Source: Octopus bimaculoides (lineage: Eukaryota). Taken from it: a stretch of DNA of 47,500 nt. The translations under genes and the position numbers were made by a program. The stretch covers positions 9,289,520 through 9,337,019 of the forward strand of contig NC_069006.1 of assembly GCF_001194135.2 (NCBI RefSeq). The letters run 5' to 3'. The notes under the pieces are model-generated. The model did not search any database and was not told where the DNA came from. It saw only the letters and a list, made by a program, of their open reading frames with translations. Of this stretch, positions 11,521 to 23,977 are shown one piece after another. Each line of letters opens with the position of its first letter. The stretch's first letter is position 1.

Positions 11521-13580
11521 CAGTTTAACTGTCGCTTGCAAGGTTAGTATGATATGATAGCTTGTGCCATACATACCATACATACGTGACAGGTTACTGT
11601 ATTGTGTTTGTCTACCAAATTTCATTCCCAAGGCATTTGTCAGCTGGAGGCTAGAGAAGAAGGTACTGAACCAGGGCACCAGGCTGTGAGATTGAACCCT
11701 AAAACCATGCGACTGCAAACAGTGTCAGCCATGCTTCAGCCTATTATTCTTTTATTTGTTTCAGTCATTTGACTGGGGCCATGCTGGAGCCCTGCCTTTA
11801 GTGAACAAATCAACCACATGATTTATTCATTGCAAGCCTAGTACTTATTCTATCGGTCTCTTTTGCTGAACCACTAAGTTACAGGGACATAAACACACCA
11901 ACATCGGTTGTCAAGAGATGGTGGGGGGACAAATGCAGGCACAGACACACACACACATAAATATATATATATATGTATATATACGACAAGCTTCTTTCAG
12001 TTTCCGTCTACCAAATCCACTCACAAGGCTTTGGTTGTCCCAAGGCTAGAGTAGAAGACACTCACCCAAGGTGCCATGCAGTAGGACTGAACCCAGAACC
12101 ATGTGGTTGATTAGCAAGCTACTTACCACACAGCCACTTTTTATTTATTTAACAGTTCATCGTCATTTAACGTCCGTTTTCCATACTAGCAAGCCAATAG
12201 TATGCACCAGACTTTCAATCTGATCTGGCAAGGTTTCTACAGCTAATGCCAGCCACTCCAAGAGTGTAGGTGGTGCTTTTCACGTGCCACTGGCACGGGG
12301 GCCAGTCAGGCGGCACTGGCATTGACCGTGCTCTCGAATGGTGCTTTTTATGTGCCACCGGCACAAGTTCCAGTCATATGTATATATAATATAGTTGCAG
12401 CTCCCTCTAACTCTAAAATTTTTATATAAATATTTTTCTGAATTCAAAAGACTCACCATCTTCCCCATTAATGTTTCTTCAACCAACACTCCTTATTTTT
12501 ATTGCATAGTTGAAAGAAATTTTATGTATCCAAATATGTGTCGTTTTTTTTTTCTGTTATTCATCATCACCATCATCATCGTTTAACATCCACCTTGTCC
12601 TTGCTTATGTGTTTCTTTCATTTTGTTTATTTATTTTTTTCTTATAACTTTATTACCGTTTCTAGCTCAAGACCTTCTGCTTTTTTGTTATTCCTACTTA
12701 TCCTGTTCATGTTCGCCTACCATGTCTGCTCATTTATACACCAGCAGCTTATGTTGCTGACACAGCCAAACTGAGCAATATTACCAGGTGTTGAAATAGT
12801 GATGATATTTGTCAACAACTGATGAGGGATTGAATGTCTCCATATCCATTGTGTGTATTTTTTTGCTGTTTTTCTCTGTGTTCCTTTGTCTTCCCTTGTG
12901 CCACATGATTCCAAGTTCAGTCCCACTGTGTGACACCTTGGTCAACCAAAGCCTTGTGAGTGGATTTGGTAGACAGAAGCCTGTTGTATGTATGTATGTA
13001 TGTGTTTGTCCCCCCCCCCCACCATCACTTGACAATCGATGTTGGTGTGTTTATGTCCCCATAACTTAGTGGTTCAGCAAAAGGGACCGATAGAATAAGT
13101 ACTAAGCTTACAAAGAATAAGTCCAGGGGTCGATTTCTTCAACTAAAAGGCGGTGATCCAGCATGGCCACAGTCAAATGACTGAAAGAAAAAAAAGAATA
13201 TATACATATATATTTATATATNNNNNNNNNNNNNNNNNNNNNNNNNNNNNNNNNNNNNNNNNNNNNNNNNNNTATGTATATGGTTTTGTATCCTCAAATA
13301 CCAGCATAGGTATTATCCTTTCCAAAAACTTCAAAGTTTAGCCCCGACTGGCTACACCCCCAGTAACCATGATCAGTAAAATAACATAGCTATTAAAGAA
13401 ACATGTAGAAAGAAATATCTTTTGTGTTTCATTTATTTGCTTTTCTTTTTACTAACGATGAGTGAAATACCTAAATTAGTCTGTTTCTTACTTCTTTTCT
13501 CTGAGGATTTTCCTTCTCGTTCTCCGTTTTTAATGAATTTTTTAACTAATGAATTTAATTCGTCTTTGCAAATGTTTCAG

Positions 13581-13793
13581 TCTTTCAACCAGTTCTACAA
13601 TGAAGAACACAACCGTTTGCACAATCTGTGGAAGTCTGTGGTAACATTTCGTCGTGAATTCAATGATTTGAAATCGGCCACTGAGAGAGACTTACACAAC
13701 GTACGTTCAGATATCAACCGCACTGCTCGAGGAATGTACTCTGCTGCTCTCAATTACAGTTCAAATGCAAGACATGTCGACACACAAACGCTG
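13581..13793 (+). CDS. CROCC: Rootletin exon c: SFNQFYNEEHNRLHNLWKSVVTFRR...DTQTL (Rootletin-domain-like region)
   Basis: atgtttcag acceptor, CTG/gtaggt donor; 71 codons, phase 0 to 0. Confidence 0.93.
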
Positions 13794-14410
13794 GTAGGTT
13801 AAAGACAAATCTTTTTAAATAAAAATACAGACAAGGAAACAATGTCAAGAGATTTCTGAATTCTATGTCATTAATATTGTTCTACATGTGAAGGCACGTG
13901 GCTTAGTGGTTAGGGTATTTGGCTCATGATCATAAGGTTGTGAGTTCGATTCCTGGTGATGCATTGTATCCTTAATCAAGACACTTCATTTCACGTTGCC
14001 CCAGTCCACTCAGCTGGCCAAAATAAGTTGTACCTGTAATTCAAAGGGGCCAGCCTTGTCACACTCTGTGTCATGCTGAATCTCCCTCAGAACTACTTTA
14101 AATGTACACGTGTCTGTGGAGTGCTCAGCCACTTGCACGTTCATTTCACAACGGAGTGCCAGTGGTTCAAGATGGTGAGCTGGCAGAATCGTTAGCATGC
14201 TGGACCAAATGCTTAGCAACGTTTCATCCATTCTGGGTTAAAAATTCACGTAGGTCAACTTTGCCTTTCATCCTTTTGGAATCAATAAATTAAGAACCAG
14301 TGAAACACTGGGGTCAATGTAATCAACTAGTCCCCTTCCCCAAAATTTCAGGCCTTGTGCCTTTAGTAGAAAGAATTATCATTATTATTATTGTTGTTGT
14401 TGTTGTTGTT

Positions 14411-14835
14411 CAGCATTTGGTAGTTTGAGGCAAATTTCTACTGCATCACCTTCTACACCTCTATGTTGCTGGGGTCTGTGCAGCATTGTGTATTCATTTC
14501 TGTTATTGGGAGTGTGCAAACTCTTCGCAGTATTGTATTGTGTTAGTCTGGAGGTTTTTTTTTCCTCTTGAGGTGTAGAGCAGTCTTTTGTTGTGTTACT
14601 GCTTGTATTGTGTGTTGAGTGTGGAATGCGTTGGTTAACTAGCTTGCTGGTGGAAGTTTATTTCACTGGATAATTACTGTATAGAGTGTGTCTTGTGTTT
14701 ATGGGTTGTTTTGTCTAGGTTGTATTACTGAATTGATAGTGTCTTGCATAGGATGTGGGCTGTTCCTAGCAGGGCTATTTTTTGGATAGTGTGTAGTGTT
14801 GAGGATCCAGGTATAGCTTCTATGTTTTTGTTCAT
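14411..14835 (-). mobile_element. R4/Dong-clade LINE 3' remnant
   Basis: C-terminal IQKIALLGTAHILCKTLSIQ* followed by a 3' UTR; flanked by (TAA)n/(CAA)n on both sides. Confidence 0.7.
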
Positions 14836-14867
14836 ATTATTATTATTATTATTATTATCCTCTTTAG

Positions 14868-14989
14868 GTTGCTTTAGACAAAGAAAAGACCGAAAGAACA
14901 ACTCTTGAAAATCAGTTAAAGGAGAAGATCCGAGATAATGTCCAGTTACAGGCTCGTTACGATACACTCACCACAGAATTAAATACAAA
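14868..14989 (+). CDS. CROCC: Rootletin exon d: VALDKEKTERTTLENQLKEKIRDNVQLQARYDTLTTELNT(K)
   Basis: cctctttag acceptor, AAA/gtaaga donor; phase 0 to 2; open frame with coiled-coil composition. Confidence 0.9.
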
Positions 14990-15187
14990 GTAAGAGGGAT
15001 TTAATGGATTTTGTTTTGCTTTATTTTGTTTTTTTAAAATAAAACACGAACAGAAGGAAAGAAAGAAACACTGTTACATCTGTTTTCTGTAATGATTGAA
15101 AGACAAAAGAGGATTTTTGTTTTAAATAATACATTCAATCACACATACAGACACACACACACACACACAGAAACCTATTATCTAAGG

Positions 15188-15422
15188 TGGTGGTTCTCAA
15201 CTACTTTTTACCCATGGACCCCTTTGATTCCTATTCTAATCTGCTGGACCTGCCATAACTATTTGAAATTTTTAAAAAATCCCATATTTCTATTGTTAAT
15301 TATTATTAAGAATTGTATAAATAAATTGTTGAAATATTTTATGTATTGTAGAAGTATAAGTGATATATTACACATAATTTTCAACGACGAAATCTCATCT
15401 GGACCCCGGTTGAGAACCACTG
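15188..15422. mobile_element. hAT MITE
   Basis: TIRs TGGTGGTTCTCAAC / GTTGAGAACCACTG; perfect 8-bp TSD ATCTAAGG. Confidence 0.88.
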
Positions 15423-15715
15423 ATCTAAGGAATTCCATCTATGACCATCCCCAGTGATTCTGTGAGATATTTTGCAATGTGGCTGTGTGGTAAGAAGTTT
15501 ACTTCCCAACCACATGGTTGCAGGTTCAGTCTCACTGCATGACACCTTGGACAAATGTCTTCTACTATAGCTTTGGGTCAATCAAAGCCTTGCAGTGGGG
15601 TAAAAATGAAAACTATGGAATAGCGAAGCAAATTTCTCGACAATACAGTCATGATTGTGCTTGTGTTTTCTGTTATTTTCCCAAATTTTCATTTTTATTT
15701 TATTTTATTTTACAG

Positions 15716-16285
15716 AATCAATGACCTTACTCTTCTGAATGATAAACTACATCAGCAAGTGGAAGAGAAGGACCGACTCTTTAAGGTCACTCAGCTAAAA
15801 CTGGAACAGCTGGAGCAACAGCAGAGCAATCACGAGCAAGAAATTGTCCATCAGTCTCGAATGGAAACCGATGCACTCCACCTGGCCCTGAGGGATATTG
15901 CTCAGGCTGTTATTAACGACGCCGACCTCTCTTGCACTGCAGACGCTACATCGGTTGACCAAACCGACAAAATTGAACCAGTGTTGACTTCAACCTCATT
16001 CCGCCCTCGCTCTACCTCACCCGGCCACTCAATGTCACCCAAGAAACGAAACCGCTCCATCTCACCGTTGAGCCGATCTCGATCTCCAGCATTTGCCGAC
16101 GCAACTTTCTCAGCTGTCCAAGCAGCACTCAATAAACGACAAATGCAAGTTCAGGAATTAAAAGCCAAACTAGGTTCAAGTCGGGACCATATCGTCTCAT
16201 TACGCGTGTCCCTAGAATCTGCAGAAAGTGAACGGCGTAAATCAGAACAGACAATTACATCATTGAAAAATGATATTGAAGATGT
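15716..16285 (+). CDS. CROCC: Rootletin exon e (570 nt), including a Ser/Pro/Arg-rich linker
   Basis: tttacag acceptor, GATGT/gtatgt donor; phase 2 to 2; ALRDIAQAVIND ... RSRSPAFAD...LNKRQMQVQELK. Confidence 0.93.
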
Positions 16286-17357
16286 GTATGTATCATATTT
16301 CCTAATTAATTCTTCATTATATTCGTTATGCTTCGTTTCCTTTCAACACTTTGGTGTTTCTGATTATTCCGTCAGATGTCACCATCATCCTTGCAAAGGT
16401 TCAGTTCATTGCTGGATGAAAGCCTCGGAGTGCTCTCTCCAGCAACCATGGTCTGATACTTTCCTTCATCCATGTTTGGGTGCCGAAGACTTTAACAAAG
16501 CCTTCATTTTGGCTTTTTATTTTAGTTCTTTTTATTCCATTTTTCCCATTTGATCATAAATTACCATCTGTCAAAGATAACCTGAGATTATCACCTGATG
16601 CTAATCTCAAAGCTGATGCACCAATTGCTCAGTGCCATTGCCATTCAACCATTTCATATTCACCAATGTGTTTTACATGTGTGCTACAGTGAAGGTACGT
16701 GGCTTAGTGGTTAGGGGCCTTTGGCTCACAATCGTAAGGTCGTGAGTTCAATTCAAAGCAAAGCATTGTGTCCTTGAGCAAGACACTTTATTTCACATTG
16801 CTCCAGTCCACTCAGCTGGCAAAAATGAGTTGTACCTGTAATTCTCCAGGGGCCAGCCTTGTCACATTCTGTGTCACGCTGAATTTATCAGTGAACTATA
16901 TTAAAGGTACACATGTCTGTGGAGTACTCATCCACTTGCACATTAATTTCAAAAGCAACCCTTGTCGTTGTAACCAACTGAGTGGCAGTTATATTGTAGG
17001 CACTGCATGGCCAAATGGTTAAGAATTTTGCTTCACAACCACAAGGTCCTGGGTTCAATCCCATTGCATGGCATCTTGGATAAATGTCATTTTTATAGCC
17101 CTGGCTCGACCCATACCTTGTGAGCACAACTGGATGCACAGAAACTGTATAGAAGCCCATCTAGTAGATTGTACCTGTAATTCAAAAGGTACAGCCCCTC
17201 ATCAATGCGCACACACTGTGTCGTGCTAATTCTACCTGAGAGTTACATTCAGAGTACATATGTCTGTGAAATACTCAGCCATCAAACAACAGAATCCTCA
17301 TCTTTGAATGACAGAAACCCATCACTGCCACATAAACCAACAAGGGAACCTCTACAT

Positions 17358-19088
17358 CAGGGCTTCTCAATCAGGGTCCATATGACTTCTGGGGGAGGGG
17401 GAGCCATATAAGATTCTGTGGGGTGCAAGCAAGCAAAATATTAATTTGAGGATCTACAGTGGTATATTAAGGATCCACAAAAAAATTTGCTTTAGATATA
17501 TTTATTGTAAGAAACAGTTAGGTTTCTTTCTCTAATGTTTTACATCGCAGAACATGTTTCTGGCCACTGAAACCTGTTCTGTCAGAGAATTCTGTTGCAG
17601 ACCTTTGCAAGTGAAAGGGTGAAAAATGAAATAGGGATTTTGAAAGAAGTATCTATAAAACTAAGTTTTTAAACATCAGATGGCTAAGGGGGTCCACCAC
17701 AGCAAAACAGAGATGAAAGGGGACCACCAGAGTAAAATAGTAATGAAAGGGGTNNNNNNNNNNNNNNNNNNNNNNNNNNNNNNNNNNNNNNNNNNNNNNN
17801 NNNNNNNNNNNNNNNNNNNNNNNNNNNNNNNNNNNNNNNNNNNNNNNNNNNNNNNNNNNNNNNNNNNNNNNNNNNNNNNNNNNNNNNNNNNNNNNNNNNN
17901 NNNNNNNNNNNNNNNNNNNNNNNNNNNNNNNNNNNNNNNNNNNNNNNNNNNNNNNNNNNNNNNNNNNNNNNNNNNNNNNNNNNNNNNNNNNNNNNNNNNN
18001 NNNNNNNNNNNNNNNNNNNNNNNNNNNNNNNNNNNNNNNNNNNNNNNNNNNNNNNNNNNNNNNNNNNNNNNNNNNNNNNNNNNNNNNNNNNNNNNNNNNN
18101 NNNCCACCAGAGCAAAATAGTAATGAAAGGGGTTCACCAGAGCAAAATAGAAACGAAAGGGGTCCACCAGAGCAAAATAGTAATGAAAGGGGTCCACCAG
18201 AGCAAAATAGTAATGAAAGGGGTCCACAAGAGCAAAATAGATATGAAAGGGGTCCACCAGAGCAAAATAGAAATGAAAGGGGTCCACCAGAGCAAAATAG
18301 AAATGAAAGGGGTCCACCAGAGCAAAATAGTAATGAAAGGGGTTCACCAGAGCAAAATAGAAATGAAAGGGGTCCACCAGAGCAAAATAGAAACGAAANN
18401 NNNNNNNNAGCAAAATAGAAATGAAAGGGGTCCACCAGAGCAAAATAGTAATGAAAGGGGTTCACCAGAGCAAAATAGAAATGAAAGGGGTCCACCAGAG
18501 CAAAATAGAAACGAAAGGGGTCCACCAGAGCAAAATAGAAACGAAAGGGGTCCACCAGAGCAAAGTAGAAACGAAAGGGGTCCACCAGAGCAAAATAGAA
18601 ATGAAAGGGTTCACCAGAGCTAAATAGAAATGAAAGGGGTCCACCAGAGCAAAATAGTAATGAAAGGGGTCCACCAGAGCAAAATAGTAATGAAAAGGGT
18701 CAACCAGAGCAAAATAGAAATGAAAGGGGTCCACCAGAGCAAAATAGAAACAAAAGGGGTCCACCAGAGCAAAATAGAAATGAAAGGGGTCCACCAGAGC
18801 AAAATAGAAATGAAAGGGTCCACCAGATCAAACCAGTAATGAAAGGGGTCCACCAGAGCAAAATAGAAATGAAAGGGGTCCACCAGAGCAAAATAGAAAT
18901 GAAAGGGGTCCACCAGAGCAAAATAGAAACGAAAGGGGTCCACCAGAGCAAAATAGAAACAAAAGGGGTCCACCAGAGCAAAATAGAAATGAAAGGGGTC
19001 CACCAGAGCAAAATAGAAATGAAAGGGTCCACCAGAGCAAACCAGTAATGAAAGAGGCCCATAAGAAAAAAATGGTTCAGAACCACAG
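17358..19088. mobile_element. Non-autonomous hAT element containing a satellite array
   Basis: Ends CAGGGCTTCTCAA ... GGTTCAGAACCACAG; 8-bp TSD CTCTACAT (17350-57) / TTCTACAT (19089-96). Confidence 0.78.
17688..19056 (+). repeat. 30-bp tandem satellite, unit AAATGAAAGGGGTCCACCAGAGCAAAATAG; about 33 copies visible plus a gap
   Basis: Read directly; produces the KGVHQSKIEM-type repeat ORFs. Confidence 0.98.
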
Positions 19089-19329
19089 TTCTACATAGTC
19101 ACCAAATTTCCCTTAAAATCACACCCTGTTGTTTTACAAATGGAGAGTCACATTGAATAACATACTCCTAGATACATTATATCTGACTGAATAGAACACA
19201 AAGTGGTCACAGTTGTGAATAATATTTTAGGTTTGATTCAATCAAATTAAGACACTCACCTTGTGTGCACCACTGGCACCCCAAAATCATAATATTAATT
19301 ATTTGTTTTGTTTATTTCTTTTCCTTTAG

Positions 19330-19581
19330 GCGTCGAGATTATGTCGATTCCAACCGTGACAGAGATCGAATCAAAAATGTCCTTAATTTAACGGGTAACG
19401 AACGCTCTCAGTTAGAAAAGATTCGTGAATCATTAAACGAACAAATCGAAGCATTCCGTGTGGAGAATGATAAGCTTCAGGCAGCAAATGCTGAAATCCA
19501 GCGCCAGCGAGATAATCTTGAAGATGAGAAAGATGATATTGTACAGGATAAAGAAAGGCAGATTAAAGAAAACGAAAGATG
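19330..19581 (+). CDS. CROCC: Rootletin exon f: (V)RRDYVDSNRDRDRIKN...KENER
   Basis: ttcctttag acceptor, ATG/gtcagt donor; phase 2 to 2. Confidence 0.9.
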
Positions 19582-19969
19582 GTCAGTGAAATTCCTAATC
19601 TCTTGGCCCTTATTTTTAGGGTGGGATGGGTGACAATTATTTTCTTCTATATTCTGGGTTTTGGGATATATTTTTTTTATTTAATTACTTATTATAATTA
19701 TGTGATTGTATTACAATATCCAATATCAGATATGTATGTATGTCTATATAAAACAAATAATAAATGAGTATATGCATATATACGTACAAGTATGTGCATA
19801 CCTACATCTACCTGTATATATAGGTGAATATCTGGGTACAGGACGTTGTAAACAAAACATAGACAAAAAAATAATAATAACCAGAGTACAGAAAACACAC
19901 AGGCCACATAGAGAACATTTTCCTTCATCAGCTGCCACCATTCTAACACAGGCATTTCGAAGAGTTATA

Positions 19970-20007
<38 letters not shown>

Positions 20008-20128
20008 NNNNNNNNNNNNNNNNNNNNNNNNNNNNNNNNNNNNNNNNNTATATGTATGTATATATGACTCACTTTTGCACTCAGACACACTTGTGCATAC
20101 TCTACTGTTAATTCACAAATGCATTGAT

Positions 20129-20163
<35 letters not shown>

Positions 20164-21057
20164 TACACACATACATACATCCACATACACACATATTTGT
20201 GTGTGTGTGTATGAAGATGCATGGCCTAGTAGTTAGGGCGTTGCACTCCTGATCAATAGATTGTGGGTTCAATTCCTGGACCGGGGCGATGCGTTGTGTT
20301 CTTGGGCATGACACTTCATTTCACATTGCTCCAGTCCACTCAGCTGTTAATGGGTAGCCTTGCAACAAAATAGTCTTCTGATCAGGGGGAATGTTGGCTT
20401 GCTCACCTAGCCAGTAGGGTGGCATCATTTAAAGGCTAAAACAGTATGAAGTGCATTGTGAGCAATGATGTGTAACAACATCTGATAGTCTGGTCAGTAC
20501 TATGATACCATGATATATTTATATTTATATATTAATAAGTATAAGGTGTGTTATGAGCATTTATACGTATCCTATAGAAACTCAACAAACGATTAAAGAT
20601 GGAGAAGAGAAAGTGTTGAAAGTTTTATCAAAATTTTAATCCATGCATATGATCATTTCGAACGGTAATATTAATATGTAAGAAACATAGAAGAAATTAA
20701 ATTAATTTAATTATAATTATAATTAAATTAATTACATATTACCGTTCTCATCAGTGCAAAAAAAAAAAGAATACATCAAAAAGAATATATCAGAAGAATA
20801 TTATATTGTTACAGAAGATAAGATGGAGTGAGTGTCATATAACATGTTCGGATATTAATAATATGATTATGAAAGATGAAAGATAAAAAAGCATGCTTAG
20901 GTGGTGTTGAGTCTAGTTGTGTATGAACTAGTTAGAGTTCATACAATCTAAGCAAAACTATCTGACAAACGGGAACATGAAACTCTGAGTAACAGTTTTT
21001 GTGATATTTTTGCTGCTTTTTAATGAAGTATATGCTTGTCTAATAATAGATAACATA

Positions 21058-21460
21058 GGCGCAGGAGTGGCTGTGTGGTAAGTAGCTTGCTTACCAGCCA
21101 CATGGTTCCGGGTTCATTCCCACTGCGTGGCACCTTGGGCAAATGTCTTCTACTATAGCCTTGGGCCGACCAAAGCCTTGTGAGTGGATTTAGTAGACGG
21201 AAACTGAAAGAAGCCTGTCGTATATATATGTATATATATATGTGTGTGTGTATATGTTTGTGTGTCTGTGTTTGTCCCCCCAACATCGCTTGACAACCGA
21301 TGGTGGTGTGTTTACGTCCCCGTAACTTAGCGGTTCAGCAAAAGAGACCGAGAGAATAAGTACGAGGCTTACAAAGAATAGGTCCTGGGGTCGATTTGCT
21401 CGACTAAAAGCGGTGCTCCAGCATGGCCACAGTCAAATGACTGAAACAAGTAAAAGAGTA
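21058..21460 (+). mobile_element. tRNA-derived SINE family A, full-length copy. Other copies near 60-280, 11700-12140, 12830-13190, 22790-23185, 24045-24445, 28280-28640, 31655-32020, 34780-35160, 37940-38230 and 41925-42285.
   Basis: A box TGGCTGTGTGG, B-box-like GGTTCA(T/G)TCCC, core GGCACCTTGGGCAA(A/G)TGTCTT, internal (TA/TG)n, tail ACAAGTAAAAGAG. Confidence 0.85.
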
Positions 21461-21514
21461 ACCGTATACATATTGGTAGAAGTACCACTTATCTCAAATT
21501 TCCATTTGTTTCAG

Positions 21515-21642
21515 CCACAAAGTCATAGAACAACTTGAGAATAAGATTTCTTCACTGAAAGAAGAGATTGTTTTTAACAAAGAACAGCTAAACAAAATAC
21601 TTCTTGAGAAAGAAGTACAAGAACACAAGTCGTATGAGTTAG
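21515..21642 (+). CDS. CROCC: Rootletin exon g: (C)HKVIEQLENKISSLKEEIVFNKEQLNKILLEKEVQEHKSYEL
   Basis: ttgtttcag acceptor, TAG/gtaagt donor; phase 2 to 1. Confidence 0.9.
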
Positions 21643-23813
21643 GTAAGTATTAGAGTTATTGAAACAGAGTAAGGCGGCAAGCTGGAAGAATTGCTTAGTG
21701 GCATTTCTTTCAACTCTACATTCTGAGTTCAAGTCCCACCAAGGTCAACTTTATCTTTCATCCCTTCAGATCCAACAAAATAAAGAACCAGTCAATTGTT
21801 GGAGCTGATGTAATCAACTTGACTCTTCCCCACCCACCAAAAAAAAATTGCTGGCCTTGTGCCTATATGTAGAAAGAATTGTTGTTGTTGTTGTTGTTAG
21901 CTGGTGGGAAACTGGTAAAATTGTTAGCATACCAGACGAAATGCTTAGCAGCATTTTGTTCATCTTAACATGTGGAGGTGCTTGGTTTAGTGGTTAGGGT
22001 GTTGGACTCATGATCGTAAGATTGTGGTTTCGATTCCTGGACCGGGTAACACGCTGTGTCCTTGAGCAAAACACTTCACTTCACGTTGCTCCAGTCCACT
22101 CAGCGAGCAAAAGTGAGTAACCCTGCGATGGACCAGCGTCCTGTCCAGGTGGGGAATTTATACGCCACGAAAACCAGAACACCAGCCCTTATGAGTTGCC
22201 ATGACTCGGGAAAGTAGTTTTATTTTACATTTTATCATTCTGAGTTCAAATGCCACTGCAGTCAAATACTGGGTGTCAATGTAACTGGCTAGCCCCCACC
22301 CAACAAAACCTCAGGCCTTGTGCCTATAATTGAAAGAATTCTGAAATTTTAGTAGGAGAGTTATATCAACTGCATTGTCCCCAAAGGGCTGAAAAGGGAT
22401 AAGCTGGCAGAACTGTTAGCACATTGGACAAAATGCTTAGTTGTCTTTCTTCTTACTTGTTATATTCTGAGTTCAAATCCTGCCAAAATTAGCTTTGCCT
22501 TTCATTTCTCCAGGATCAATGAAATGGAGAACCCGTTGACCATTGGGCTCAATGTGGTCAATTAGACCCTCCTCTAAATTTTCGAGGTTTGTGCCTATTG
22601 TAGAAAGGATTATTGTGGTCATGTGATGCAAAGGATCAAAGGCAAAATCAGCCCTGGCAGAATTTGAACTCAAAACATGAAGGTGGACAAAATGTTGCTA
22701 AGCATTTTGCCCAGCTTGCCACCTAGAAACCATTATTATAATAACAACTATAATATAAAGATAATAGAAAAAGGTGCATCTATAATTAGGCACAGGCATG
22801 GCCATGTGGTTAAGATGCTCGCTTTACAACCATGTGATCTCAGGTTCAGTTTCTCTGTGTAGCACCTTGGGCAAATGTCTTCTAATATAACCCTGAACCA
22901 ACCAATGCCTTGTCAGTGAATTTAGTTGACAGAAGCTGTATATATAGATACATACATATGTATTTATTTGTGTATGTGTGTTTTTGTTTGTCCCTGTCCC
23001 CTCCATCGCTTGACAACCAATGTTGGTTTATTTATGTCCCCACAACTTAATGATTCAGCAAAAGAAACTGATAGAATAAGCACCAGACTTTGAAAAAAAA
23101 TAAGAACTGAGCTCGATTTGTTCAATTTAACCCTTCAAGGCTGTGCCCCAGCATGGCCACAGTTCAATGACTGAACCAAGTAAAGGTGGTGGGTCGGGTA
23201 GGTAAAAGTAACTGAGCTATGAAGAGAGTAATAATCAAAATATTACTTTACCTTGCTTTGAGCTCTCGACTCTTCAATGGAGATGTAGGGGTTTCCATTG
23301 TGGCACACAGTGTGACCTGGGTATTTTTAGACCTGGTGGAGGCTTATCCTACTCTGAGAGTATAGCTGATTTGCAGAGAGAGAAAGACAGAAAAAAAGAA
23401 GTGAGAGAAAGAAGAATCACCCCCCAGGAGAGGATTCATTCTTTATTTTATCAACCCTAAAAAGAATAAAAAGTGAAATTGATTTCGGTTTGATTTGAAC
23501 TCAGAGCATAGGGAGCCAGATAGATTACCAAAATGCAGTCTATCTGGTGTCCTAACAACTCTACCATATTGTAGGATAGGTGTGAGAGGCTGGATCTGGT
23601 TGGTTTGAACATCAAAAACAGGTGGAAATGTTGGAGCTTGATATGGCCAGTGGTAATGGATTAATCAAGGTGTTCTAATTTAGGACTGGAAACTTTACCA
23701 ATAATTTGATAACGCTAATCCATATAGAAGACCACCCTAGCACTGATGTAAGAATAAAGGGAGCATTTTACTTGCATAAGTATTTTATGAAAATTTTCTT
23801 TGTTTTCTTTTAG

Positions 23814-23977
23814 CTGACACTCTGGGCAAATCTGAGCTGAAAAAGTCTGAAACTGAGGTGGAAGTGAACAAACTGAAAGCTGAAAATGCTGGCTTGCAGG
23901 ATAATCTACTGAAACTTCAGTCTTTGAATGAAAGTCTCGGCCAAGACAAAATAGAACTGAACAAGATTATTATACAG
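23814..23977 (+). CDS. CROCC: Rootletin exon h: (A)DTLGKSELKK...LQDNLLKLQSLNESLGQDKIELNKIIIQ
   Basis: ttttcttttag acceptor, CAG/gttagt donor; phase 1 to 0. Confidence 0.93.

Noticed and set aside
9692-11547. ORFs rich in VCVCIY / HTHTYI
   Set aside because: Dinucleotide microsatellite read-through
17688-19056. CRISPR-like array
   Set aside because: Head-to-tail repeats with no unique spacers, in a eukaryotic intron with no cas genes
17653-19086. Many repetitive ORFs (KGVHQSKIEM / DPFHFYFALV / LLWWTPFISI)
   Set aside because: They are translations of the 30-bp satellite, open in several frames on both strands, with no splice or start context
20698-20733. Perfect ~34-bp AT palindrome
   Set aside because: Low-complexity A/T sequence, expected by chance here
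20920-20945. 10-bp-stem hairpin TGTATGAACT-agttag-AGTTCATACA
   Set aside because: Too short to distinguish from chance
21058-21130. SINE heads as genuine tRNA genes
   Set aside because: A and B boxes are present, but the heads continue into shared SINE bodies and lack full cloverleaf pairing
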